NCBI GenBank assembly: GCA_035560005.1
Contig: DATMAN010000031.1
Location: 1,656-65,655 of the forward strand
Direction of reading: 5' to 3'
DNA from: Burkholderiales bacterium
GTDB lineage: Bacteria > Pseudomonadota > Gammaproteobacteria > Burkholderiales > Eutrophovitaceae
Length of the DNA: 64,000 nucleotides
Part shown: positions 18,591 through 26,796 of the stretch, piece by piece
Layout: each line of letters begins with the position of its first letter
Position numbering within the stretch: the first letter of the stretch is position 1
Translations under genes and position numbers: made by a program
Notes under the pieces: generated by a model
The model's database searches: none
Seen by the model: the letters and a program-made list of their open reading frames with translations, nothing else
Told to the model about the DNA's origin: nothing

Positions 18591-20306
18591 ATGGTGAAGT
18601 TCGAGAACGTCGAGCGCGGACTCTCGCTGTACCTGCGGGCGCTGTGGGGATGCGACTTCCGGCTGCGTCCGGCGTCGCACACGAAGCAGCCTTGGCGTAG
18701 ACGGCGCGCGACGATCGACGGCGACTTGGTGCGGCTGCCGCAGGCATGCGCGGGTCTGGCCGGGCAGAGTGGGGCTGCGCTTTACCGGGCTGCGGCTGCG
18801 CACGCGGCCGCGCATGTGCGGTTCACCACGCGGCGGTTTTCCGCTGCCGGGCTCACGCCCATCCAGGTTGCAGTGGTCTCGCTGATCGAGGACGCGCGTG
18901 TCGAGTGCCTGGCGATACGGGAGTTTCCGGGGCTCAAGCGCCTCTGGGCGCCGTTTCACGTGGTGCGGGGCGGCGCAGTGGCGGGCTCTGCCGCACTGAT
19001 GGTGCGGCTCGCCCGTGCGCTCATCGACCAGGACTACCAAGACGACGACCCGTGGGTGAGAGAGGCGCGCCGGCGTTTCTTCGCACAGTGCGACGCCTGG
19101 CAAGACCAGTCGGTCTCGCGCGCGATCGGTTCCCTGCTCGGCGGCGAGCTGGAACGGATGCGCGAGCCGTTCGACTTCGCGACCTATGTGGTCGAACCGG
19201 CGTACCGGGACGACAACCTGGGGATGTGGGACTTCGCGAACCAGAACCGGAACAGCCGGGATGACAGCGTTCACGAAGGCGTGCATTCCTCGGACGGGGA
19301 CGAGGGCGAGCCGCCCGAGGAGCGCGCGTCGGGCGATCCCGCGGGCCGCGCGGCCCGAAGCCGCTTGTTCCCGGGGCGCGAGCGCAGCGAAGCTCCGGAA
19401 GAGCGGCTCTCACCCGCCGTTCGCTATGACGAGTGGGACTACCTCGTCGGGCGCGAACGGCGCGCCTGGTGCACGCTGCTCGAGAAGTCCGCTGCCGAAG
19501 GCGACGCACGGCAGATCGACGACATGATGAAGCGCAACAGAGAGCTGGTGACCCGCATGAACGCTCTTGTCAGAGCGCTCCTGGTGAAACGGCTGATGCC
19601 GATGAAGCTGCAACTGGAAGGCGAGCGGCTGGATCTCGACGCCTCCATCAACGCGCTGGTCGATCTGCGTTCGAACATCGCACCCGACCTCCGCGTGCAT
19701 ACCCTGCTTGGGCGGCGGCGGCGCGACCTCTCGGTTCTGGTGCTTCTGGACCTTTCACAATCCACCAATGATCTCGCACCCGGCGCCGGTACCACCGTGC
19801 TGCAGCTCGCCCGCGAGGCGACCGCGTTGCTGGCCGACGCGATGGAGCGCATCGGCGACAGTTTTGCGATCCACGGGTTTTTCTCCAACGGCAGGCACGA
19901 GGTGGGCTACGTGCGCATCAAGGACTTCGACCGGCCTTACGCAGAGCTGGCGAAGGCGCGCCTGGCCGGGATCACCGGGCGGTTTTCCACCCGCATTGGC
20001 ACTGCCCTGCGTCACGCCGGCTCGTTTCTGAAAGACCGGCGCTCGGACAAAAAGCTGTTGCTCCTCGTCACCGATGGCGAGCCGTCCGATATCGACGTTC
20101 AGGACCCGCATTACTTGGTCTTCGACGCGAAGAAGGCTGTCGAGCAGAATCAGAGTTACGGCGTCTACACCTACTGCATGAGCCTCGACCCCAGGGCCGA
20201 TTGCTACGTCTCCCGCATCTTCGGTGTGCGCAACTGGACGGTGGTCGATCATCTTCGGCGGCTGCCCGAGAAGCTTCCGCTGCTCTACGTGCGGCTGACG
20301 CACTGA
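18591..20306 (+). CDS. VWA domain-containing protein, NorD/CbbO family
   Basis: 571 aa. N-terminal LYRAAAAHAAAHVRF...LIEDARVE block. C-terminal von Willebrand A domain with MIDAS VLLDLSQST and LLLVTDGEPSD. Confidence 0.85.
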   Translation: MVKFENVERGLSLYLRALWGCDFRLRPASHTKQPWRRRRATIDGDLVRLPQACAGLAGQSGAALYRAAAAHAAAHVRFTTRRFSAAGLTPIQVAVVSLIEDARVECLAIREFPGLKRLWAPFHVVRGGAVAGSAALMVRLARALIDQDYQDDDPWVREARRRFFAQCDAWQDQSVSRAIGSLLGGELERMREPFDFATYVVEPAYRDDNLGMWDFANQNRNSRDDSVHEGVHSSDGDEGEPPEERASGDPAGRAARSRLFPGRERSEAPEERLSPAVRYDEWDYLVGRERRAWCTLLEKSAAEGDARQIDDMMKRNRELVTRMNALVRALLVKRLMPMKLQLEGERLDLDASINALVDLRSNIAPDLRVHTLLGRRRRDLSVLVLLDLSQSTNDLAPGAGTTVLQLAREATALLADAMERIGDSFAIHGFFSNGRHEVGYVRIKDFDRPYAELAKARLAGITGRFSTRIGTALRHAGSFLKDRRSDKKLLLLVTDGEPSDIDVQDPHYLVFDAKKAVEQNQSYGVYTYCMSLDPRADCYVSRIFGVRNWTVVDHLRRLPEKLPLLYVRLTH

Positions 20307-20482
20307 TGTCTCCGGCCCGGCGCCGCAGACGCGGCGGATTGGTGCAAGTGCGTTTGGCGAACCGGCCCCATCGAGCGCCGCTCCGACAAGCTGGCTCGAA
20401 AATGGCTTTGCCTCATCACGAACTGGCATCACTTTCGAGGATGATCGCGTAGTATGGATCTTGTCGCAGTACTCCGACTGTC

Positions 20483-21664
20483 ATGACCCGTCGTCTTGTC
20501 CGCGCCTTGTTGCTCGTTTCATCACTGTGCGCGGACGGTTGCGGCAACGGAAGTTCTTCGCCTGCCGGGCCTGCGTTGTCGACCGGCCTCGCGCTGCAAC
20601 CCGTCGCGAGCGGGCTCGGTTCTCCGGTATTCATGACGTCGCCGCCCGGCGACAGGAAACGTCTGTTCATTGTCGAGCAGGCCGGACAAATCCGCATCTT
20701 CGATGTGACGACCGGCACGCTGAGGGCCACGCCGTTTCTCGACGTCGCCGGCCGCATTGTCAGCGGGGGCGAGCAAGGCCTCCTCGGCATGGCGTTCGAT
20801 CCCGATTACGCGAATAACCGCCGCTTCTATGTCTTCTATACCGACCGCAGCGGCGATCTCGTGATCGCCCGCTACCTGCGCCACGCGACCGACGCGAACC
20901 TCGCCGATCCGACGAGCGCGATGGTGCTGCAGACGGTGCAACATCCCGTCCACGCCAACCACAACGGCGGCATGCTGGCGTTCGGTGCGGACGGCTGCCT
21001 CTACGCCGGCATCGGCGACGGCGGTAGCGGCGGCGATCCGAATGACAACGCGCAGAATCCCGATTCGAAGCTCGGCAAGCTGCTGAGGATCGATCCGGAT
21101 ACCGGAGCCGCCTGCGCCAATGGTATCGCCAACCCGTTTGCAGGCGGCGGCGGTGCGCCGGAAGTGTGGAGCCTGGGACTGCGCAACCCGTGGCGCTTTT
21201 CCTTCGACCGCCAGACCGGCGACCTGTACATCGGCGATGTTGGGCAGGGCGCGCGCGAGGAAGTCGATGTCGCGACCGGATCGAACCCGGGGCGCGGTGT
21301 GAACTACGGTTGGCGACTGATGGAAGGTTTCCTGTGTTTCAATCCTTCGACCGACTGCAACCCTGGAACCCTGACGCTGCCGGTACTCGATTACCCGCAC
21401 ATCGAGGGGGCTTGCTCGATCACCGGCGGCTACGTGTATCGCGGCACGGCCATAGCCGGGCTGCAGGGCACCTACTTCTATGCGGATTTCTGCGCAGGGT
21501 TCGTCAGAAGCTTCCGCCTCGGTAACGGCCAGGCGATGGATCAAAGGGAATGGCCGCAACTGAGTCCGCCCGGCGGGTTGATATCGAGCTTCGGGGAAGA
21601 CAGCGCGGGCGAACTCTACCTGATGTCTCTGAGCGGCGGGCTCTGGAAAATCGTTCCAGATTGA
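20483..21664 (+). CDS. PQQ-dependent sugar dehydrogenase (soluble aldose/sorbosone dehydrogenase-like), probable lipoprotein
   Basis: Signal with lipobox-like LLLVSSLCADGC. Then GEQGLLGMAFDP, HNGGMLAFG.DG.LY, GDGGSGGDP, GLRNPWRFSFD. Confidence 0.85.
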   Translation: MTRRLVRALLLVSSLCADGCGNGSSSPAGPALSTGLALQPVASGLGSPVFMTSPPGDRKRLFIVEQAGQIRIFDVTTGTLRATPFLDVAGRIVSGGEQGLLGMAFDPDYANNRRFYVFYTDRSGDLVIARYLRHATDANLADPTSAMVLQTVQHPVHANHNGGMLAFGADGCLYAGIGDGGSGGDPNDNAQNPDSKLGKLLRIDPDTGAACANGIANPFAGGGGAPEVWSLGLRNPWRFSFDRQTGDLYIGDVGQGAREEVDVATGSNPGRGVNYGWRLMEGFLCFNPSTDCNPGTLTLPVLDYPHIEGACSITGGYVYRGTAIAGLQGTYFYADFCAGFVRSFRLGNGQAMDQREWPQLSPPGGLISSFGEDSAGELYLMSLSGGLWKIVPD

Positions 21665-21746
21665 AACTGTCCCGCTGCACATCGCCTGGCGCCCCGACGG
21701 CCTGAAACCGGCGCGCCCAGCGCCCGAATTGCACTTGAGGTAGACG

Positions 21747-22196
21747 ATGGAGACGACCACTGTCGAAATGGCGCCGCGCAAGCGCATCGCGCTGATCGCG
21801 CACGACAACCGCAAGCAGGACCTGCTCGAATGGGCGCGCTACAACCAGGGCACGCTCAGCCACCATGAGCTATGCGGCACCGGCACAACCGGTGGGCTGA
21901 TCGCGCAGGAGCTGGGACTGACGGTCAGGCGGTTCAGAAGCGGACCGCTCGGCGGCGACCAGCAGGTCGGCGCGGCGATTGTGGAAGGCGAGATCGACAT
22001 GGTGATCTTCTTCTGGGATCCGCTGACTCCGCAGCCGCACGACGTGGACGTGAAGGCTCTGCTGCGCATCGCGGTCGCCTACAACGTGCCGATTGCCTGC
22101 AACCGCGCGACCGCCGACTTCATGCTCTCCAGCCCGCTGCTCAACAGCCGCTACAGCCGGATGGTGCCGGGGGCCGAACGCTGGGTTTCCATGTAA
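21747..22196 (+). CDS. mgsA: Methylglyoxal synthase
   Basis: RIALIAHDNRKQDLLEW...GTGTTGGLI...GPLGGDQQVGA...IFFWDPL..QPHD.DVKALLR. The start could be the internal Met at 21768. Confidence 0.93.
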   Translation: METTTVEMAPRKRIALIAHDNRKQDLLEWARYNQGTLSHHELCGTGTTGGLIAQELGLTVRRFRSGPLGGDQQVGAAIVEGEIDMVIFFWDPLTPQPHDVDVKALLRIAVAYNVPIACNRATADFMLSSPLLNSRYSRMVPGAERWVSM

Positions 22197-22204
22197 GGGC
22201 CGGA

Positions 22205-23302
22205 TCAGAGCGCGGTGTATCGCAGCGCGAATCCGAAGCCGGTCGGTACCGCTTGCGCTTCGAGCACACCGCCCGCACCGAACATGATCGGCGAGTGGAC
22301 GACGTCACGCTCGAGCAGATGCGTGCCGAAGGCGCCCTCCTGCGCGTACAGAATGTCGCGTGCGCTGTTGGCAACGGCGAGCGCCGCACGGGTGAGCAGC
22401 GAGGTTTCGCCCACGTGCGCGCCGACGATCATCTTCAGTCCTGCCTGCCGTATGCGGTGCGCGAGCCGCAGCGAGCGCAGCAGCCCGCCCATCTTCGATA
22501 CACGCAGGTTCACGAGCCAGCGTACCGCAGAGTCGCCAAGGGCATTGAGCTGCCTGTCGCGCAACAAGCTCTCGTCGAGGATAATGGCGCAGTCGAAAGT
22601 GGCGGCGATCCGCCTCATTCCCGGAAAGTCGCCGGCCTTGAGCGGTTCCTCCAGCGCGACGAAGGGAAAGTCGAGCCCGGAGAGAAAGTCGATTGCGCGG
22701 TCCGCGCTGGTCCACAGATTGTTGGCGTCGGCCCGCACCGCGGCGCCCTCGATCCCGGCCGCCTTCAGTGCAGCGACTTTCGCGCGATCCAGCGCAGCGT
22801 TTCCAGACAGCTTGATCTTGTAGTCGCGGAATCCGGCCGTCAGATAGCGGGCGAGCTGCGCGTGAAAGCGCTGCGGCGACACGTCCCCAATGACGGCGGT
22901 ATAACGAAACCGTCCCGACAGCCTCGGCAGTTCCAGCAAGGCTTCCACCGTCTGCCCGTTGCGCCTGGCGAGCAGATCGAGCAACGCAAGCTCGATTGCG
23001 CACCACGCTGCTGGATTGGCGTCGATCTCTGGGCCATGCCGCTCGACCCGGCTTCTCAACGTATCGAGGTCCCGGATCGTGGCGATGAGTCCTTCGCGCT
23101 GCGATTCCACGAACGCGGCTGCGCCTGCCAGCGTTTCGTGGCTGACGTATTCGCGCGGACATCCTTCGCCGTAGCCGAGCAGGCCGTCGCGGCTTCGCGC
23201 CTCCACCCAAAGCGTATGGGTGGCGTCGCGCGATGCCGACGCATGCGCGAACGTTTGTTTGAACGCGATGTTCAGCGCTCGCCATGACAGAGATTGCAGC
23301 AT
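22205..23302 (-). CDS. Enolase-superfamily enzyme, muconate-lactonizing (MLE) subgroup (N-acylamino-acid racemase / dipeptide epimerase / OSBS-like)
   Basis: Start MLQSLSWRAL at 23302, 5 nt after the upstream stop. Has KxK in DYKIKLSG, metal ligands VRADANN / ALEEPL / IILDESL, and LRVSKMGG. The track ORF (to 24145) over-extends into the neighbouring gene. Confidence 0.85.
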   Translation of the reverse strand: MLQSLSWRALNIAFKQTFAHASASRDATHTLWVEARSRDGLLGYGEGCPREYVSHETLAGAAAFVESQREGLIATIRDLDTLRSRVERHGPEIDANPAAWCAIELALLDLLARRNGQTVEALLELPRLSGRFRYTAVIGDVSPQRFHAQLARYLTAGFRDYKIKLSGNAALDRAKVAALKAAGIEGAAVRADANNLWTSADRAIDFLSGLDFPFVALEEPLKAGDFPGMRRIAATFDCAIILDESLLRDRQLNALGDSAVRWLVNLRVSKMGGLLRSLRLAHRIRQAGLKMIVGAHVGETSLLTRAALAVANSARDILYAQEGAFGTHLLERDVVHSPIMFGAGGVLEAQAVPTGFGFALRYTAL

Positions 23303-23307
23303 TCGCT

Positions 23308-25845
23308 CTAGACCTGCTCCACGAGTCTTTCCAGGTCGACCGGAATTCTGCCCTTGTAGGCCAGGGCGACGATCTTGAACTGGTTTTCGCGCTGACCTTG
23401 GCGAACGCTTTCGCGCTTGTAGGCTTCTTCGGCGCCGGGGGCGAGCCATGCCGCGGAAAGGGCAGCCAGCCGCCCGCTCTCCCGCTTGGCTTCGTACTCG
23501 ATGTTGAGCGCCCGCAGCTGCCCGTCGACCATCTGTGCCAGACGATCCGCGTGGGGTTTCGGCCCGCCATCCACTTCGACATAGAGCCGATACGCGCGCG
23601 CCGGCTCGTCGGCCAGCATCATCACGAAGCGCGCCGTCCGGCCGATCCGCGCCACGGCCTGGCGAACGGCCGCCAGCACCTGCGACTCGTAAAGCTTCTC
23701 GCCGGTGATGTTGGTCACGCCCTTGCCCTTCTGCACGAACTGGAGTAGCGGCGTGCGGCGCAGAAACCCGGTCACGCGAACCAAGTCGTTGATGAAATAG
23801 CGGTACAGTCCCGAGGGCGTGGTGACGATGACGTAGTAGTCCACGCCTTTGCGAATCCGGTCGAGAGTGAGGAACTCGGGTTCGCCGAGGTCCCATCGGT
23901 CGCGCTCGACGAATTCGAAGAAGTGCGTATCGAACGTCGGCAGGCCGCTGCCGCGGCGGCGGCCCAGCGTGATCGTCCCGCGGAACTCGCTGGACACGTA
24001 GCCGAGTTCCTGGATGTGCGTGCGAGACGACAGCTCCTGTCGCAGCGCGCTCGCTGCCACGCCTGCGCTGGCGCATGTCCAGGTCACCACCATCCTCAAG
24101 GCCGGCCACAGATCGGCAATGCGCCGTTCGCCACCTCCGGCGCACAGCCGTTCCAGCTCTTCGGCGCGCGCCGGAACAGAGCCCAGACGCCGACCGAGCG
24201 AGGATAGGACTTGTGCCGGCACCTTGTCCGCGAGAAAGAAACCGCCCTGGCGCAGGTCCGCGATCAACTTGGCCTCGTGCTCGCGATACAGCGCGATGAG
24301 CGTGAGCAGGGTACTCGCGTTCGCGCTTCCCAGATAAGTGACGTCCCTGTGCGCCAGACCCAGCCGCAGGATAAGCAGGTACTTGACCCTGCTGTCGGGG
24401 ATGGTGAGAACTTGCGGCGGCACGATGAACTTCTCTCGCACCAGCGTCGGGGTACTTGCGGCTACTATCCCGGATGCCGACCCGAACGGCTTTCCGTTGG
24501 GCAGCACGCCCTCGACCGCGGGACTGGTGATCACCAGGATGCTTCCGTCGAACGCCTCCGGGCAGACCCGATGCTGCGCCGCCACCGACAATCGATGAAC
24601 GACTCGCAGCCTGCGCAGGTGAGACGGCGTTAGCGGAATGTCCTTGGGCTTGCCCGTGGTACCGCTGGTGCGCAGGTACTGCAGGGGCGCTTCAGCGCTC
24701 AGCGCGGGTTCGCCGCGCTCGATCTGCGCCTCGATGTAATCGCGCAGCGCCTCGTAGCCCCGGACCGGCACGCGCGCGGCGAACGTCCCGTAGCCTTCGA
24801 TGGTCTCGAAATCATGCTTGCGACCGAAAGTCGTTGAGCGATTGCGGCTGAGGATGGCGGAAAGCAACGCGCGCTGCGCGCGCATTGGCTCGCGCGCCGC
24901 CTTTGCGATTGCGCGGCCATGCACAAGGCGAGTCCAGCGCAACAGCATCGCGACAGCCAGATCCGCGAGGCGCTCCTTCAGGCTGCGCCGTAAGCCGGCC
25001 CGGCGGCGAAAAGGCGCGAACATCTGGGCCCAGAAACCTTTCGGATAGCCAGGGTCGGGGATGCCGATGTCGAGCAGCCGGTGTTTGGGCAGATACCAGG
25101 TGCCGAACACCAGGTCCCAAACGATGGTGGTATTGCTGAAGTTGCAATACGCCGTCCTGGGATCTCGCGCATGGTGCCAGCGGTGGGTTTCCGCGCTGCC
25201 CACCAGATAGTTCAGGAATCCGTAGCGCAGCCGCACGTTGCTGTGCTGGAAGAAGCCGTTCACCGCGTAGAGCAGAAAGTAGGCGGCGATCACCTCGGGC
25301 GCCACCCCGAGCGCCACGAAAGGTACCGTGTCCAGCCCGAAGTGCAGCGCTTTTTCCAGCGGGTGGAAACGGCCGGTGTTGAGTGTGTACAGGATGGCGG
25401 GCGAGTGGTGCACCTCGTGCAGCCGCCACAGCGGCGCGAAACTGTGACAGGCGCGGTGCAGCCAATAGCGCAGGAAATCGACCGCAAGCACCATTGCGAT
25501 CACCTGCGCCCAGAGCGGCCAATGGTACGGCCACCAAGGGTTCGCCGCCGTCTCGTGCGTGCGTCCAGCCAGCAAGAGGGCGAGCAGTGCCGCCAGCGCG
25601 CGTGGCAGGAATACCTGCACGACGCCCAGGAACATGGCGTCGGCTTTCACGTCGTGCCAGCCTGGGCGCCAGTCGTCTCGCTCCGGAAACCGCAGTTCCA
25701 GGGCGACGATCACCAGCGCAGCGAGCACGATCGGAACGTAGAGGGCGACCAGCAGATGCGAGCCGCTGGAAAGCATGGCGCCGAACAACGCGATCGCGGC
25801 CGCAAACACCAGCGGATACCAGACATAAGGCAGCGCGTGTGTCAT
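23308..25845 (-). CDS. Fusion protein: N-terminal fatty-acid hydroxylase/sterol desaturase (di-iron, membrane) domain + C-terminal GH3-family adenylate-forming amido synthetase
   Basis: 845 aa from ATG 25845 (GAGGA 7 nt upstream). His boxes HRACH, HEVHH, HRWHH within a multi-TM N-terminus. GH3 motifs RTSGTTGKPK, LGYVSSEF, GLYRYFINDLVRV, NITGEKLYE. No stop or frame break between the halves. Confidence 0.85.
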   Translation of the reverse strand: MTHALPYVWYPLVFAAAIALFGAMLSSGSHLLVALYVPIVLAALVIVALELRFPERDDWRPGWHDVKADAMFLGVVQVFLPRALAALLALLLAGRTHETAANPWWPYHWPLWAQVIAMVLAVDFLRYWLHRACHSFAPLWRLHEVHHSPAILYTLNTGRFHPLEKALHFGLDTVPFVALGVAPEVIAAYFLLYAVNGFFQHSNVRLRYGFLNYLVGSAETHRWHHARDPRTAYCNFSNTTIVWDLVFGTWYLPKHRLLDIGIPDPGYPKGFWAQMFAPFRRRAGLRRSLKERLADLAVAMLLRWTRLVHGRAIAKAAREPMRAQRALLSAILSRNRSTTFGRKHDFETIEGYGTFAARVPVRGYEALRDYIEAQIERGEPALSAEAPLQYLRTSGTTGKPKDIPLTPSHLRRLRVVHRLSVAAQHRVCPEAFDGSILVITSPAVEGVLPNGKPFGSASGIVAASTPTLVREKFIVPPQVLTIPDSRVKYLLILRLGLAHRDVTYLGSANASTLLTLIALYREHEAKLIADLRQGGFFLADKVPAQVLSSLGRRLGSVPARAEELERLCAGGGERRIADLWPALRMVVTWTCASAGVAASALRQELSSRTHIQELGYVSSEFRGTITLGRRRGSGLPTFDTHFFEFVERDRWDLGEPEFLTLDRIRKGVDYYVIVTTPSGLYRYFINDLVRVTGFLRRTPLLQFVQKGKGVTNITGEKLYESQVLAAVRQAVARIGRTARFVMMLADEPARAYRLYVEVDGGPKPHADRLAQMVDGQLRALNIEYEAKRESGRLAALSAAWLAPGAEEAYKRESVRQGQRENQFKIVALAYKGRIPVDLERLVEQV

Positions 25846-25858
25846 CGGCTGTTCCTCA

Positions 25859-26326
25859 TCACGAGGCCGGGCGGCGCGGGTGGTAACGCGCAACCGTCAA
25901 CACGAAACCGGCGAGCACGACATGGAACACTGCGGGAATCCAAGCGGTGAACCAGGCCGGGGCAGCAGGCATCGCCAGTCCCACCAAGAGGCGCAACAGC
26001 GAGCCGGCCATGTACACCGCACCTGCCCAAAGAAGGATGCGCCCGAGCCGGGGATTGACGATCAGCGTCCCATTGGCAGCACGCCAACATACCCGCACCA
26101 TCACCGCGAGAATCACGATCTGTGCCGAAAGCAACGACCAATAAGGCAGCCGGCTGCCTTGGAACGCTTCGAACGCCGGGAGAAACGCCTGGGGAATCCA
26201 GCGCTGCACGGCCTGCCCGGCCACGCGCAGGGCGAACAGCCCGGTGAGCAGCGCCAGCAAACCGGCGTGCCTGCGGCTGGCAGGCGGTTGCGCGCAGCCG
26301 CGGAGGGTTGGTCTTGCCGTCGTCAC
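25859..26326 (-). CDS. Small integral membrane protein (about 4 TM), unknown family
   Basis: Hydrophobic segments LLALLTGLFAL, LLSAQIVILAVMV, ILLWAGAVYMAGSLL, IPAVFHVVLAGFVL. Start inferred at GTG 26326 (GGAAG upstream), because the ATG-extended track ORF would overlap the convergent-looking 75-aa gene. The start is uncertain. Confidence 0.6.
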   Translation of the reverse strand: MTTARPTLRGCAQPPASRRHAGLLALLTGLFALRVAGQAVQRWIPQAFLPAFEAFQGSRLPYWSLLSAQIVILAVMVRVCWRAANGTLIVNPRLGRILLWAGAVYMAGSLLRLLVGLAMPAAPAWFTAWIPAVFHVVLAGFVLTVARYHPRRPAS

Positions 26327-26500
26327 GGCGCTGAGCTTCCATGTTCCGGTCGGATTGCGCAAGCGGCAGCGGAAGGGCGAAGTCGCTGAGGAGCTCGACG
26401 CGCCGGTCGAGCGGGTCAGGCAACGCGACCAAGCGATGCGTGAGGCACCACCCTCCTGCCGGGGATAAGATATCGGCTGGACTCTCTCAGGGGGAACCCG

Positions 26501-26728
26501 ATGGCTGACAACAAGACCAAAGTCACCATTCTCACGGGAAGCTACCGTATCAAGGGCTATATCGATCTGATGCCTGGGGCGCGCGTAACGGACTACATGA
26601 TCGATGCTAAGGATTTCATCGCGGTGACCGAAGCCGAAGTCTGGGAGGCGGGCGACCGCAAGGTGGCGAGCGCTCCTTTCATCAACGTCAGCCGCGAGCA
26701 TATCCAGGTCGTCATTCCGGGTCATTGA
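26501..26728 (+). CDS. Small conserved hypothetical protein (75 aa)
   Basis: MADNKTKVTILTGSYRIKGYIDLMPGARVTDYMIDAKDFIAVTEAEVWE... is beta-rich and coding-like. Transcribed divergently from the GH3 operon. Family name not recognised. Confidence 0.65.
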   Translation: MADNKTKVTILTGSYRIKGYIDLMPGARVTDYMIDAKDFIAVTEAEVWEAGDRKVASAPFINVSREHIQVVIPGH

Positions 26729-26796
26729 TGCGCTCACGCCCTGTGCGCCGCGCCTGATGGATCCGATAAAATGAGGCGGTAGCCGCTGCATTCATC

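Noticed and set aside
23303-24145. Upstream extension of the enolase-superfamily ORF (track ORF 22205..24145), and ORF 22305..23582
   Set aside because: The extension overlaps the GH3 domain coding region in another frame and is Arg/Pro/Gly-rich junk. The conserved enolase N-terminus starts at MLQSLSW (23302), 5 nt after the GH3 stop.
25842-26791. Track ORFs 25859..26791 (310 aa) and 25842..26432 taken at full length
   Set aside because: The first ~155 codons of the 310-aa ORF are non-hydrophobic, low-complexity, and overlap the coding-like 75-aa plus-strand gene. Only the C-terminal 4-TM part looks real, so the start was moved to GTG 26326. The 25842..26432 ORF is an alternative-frame shadow.
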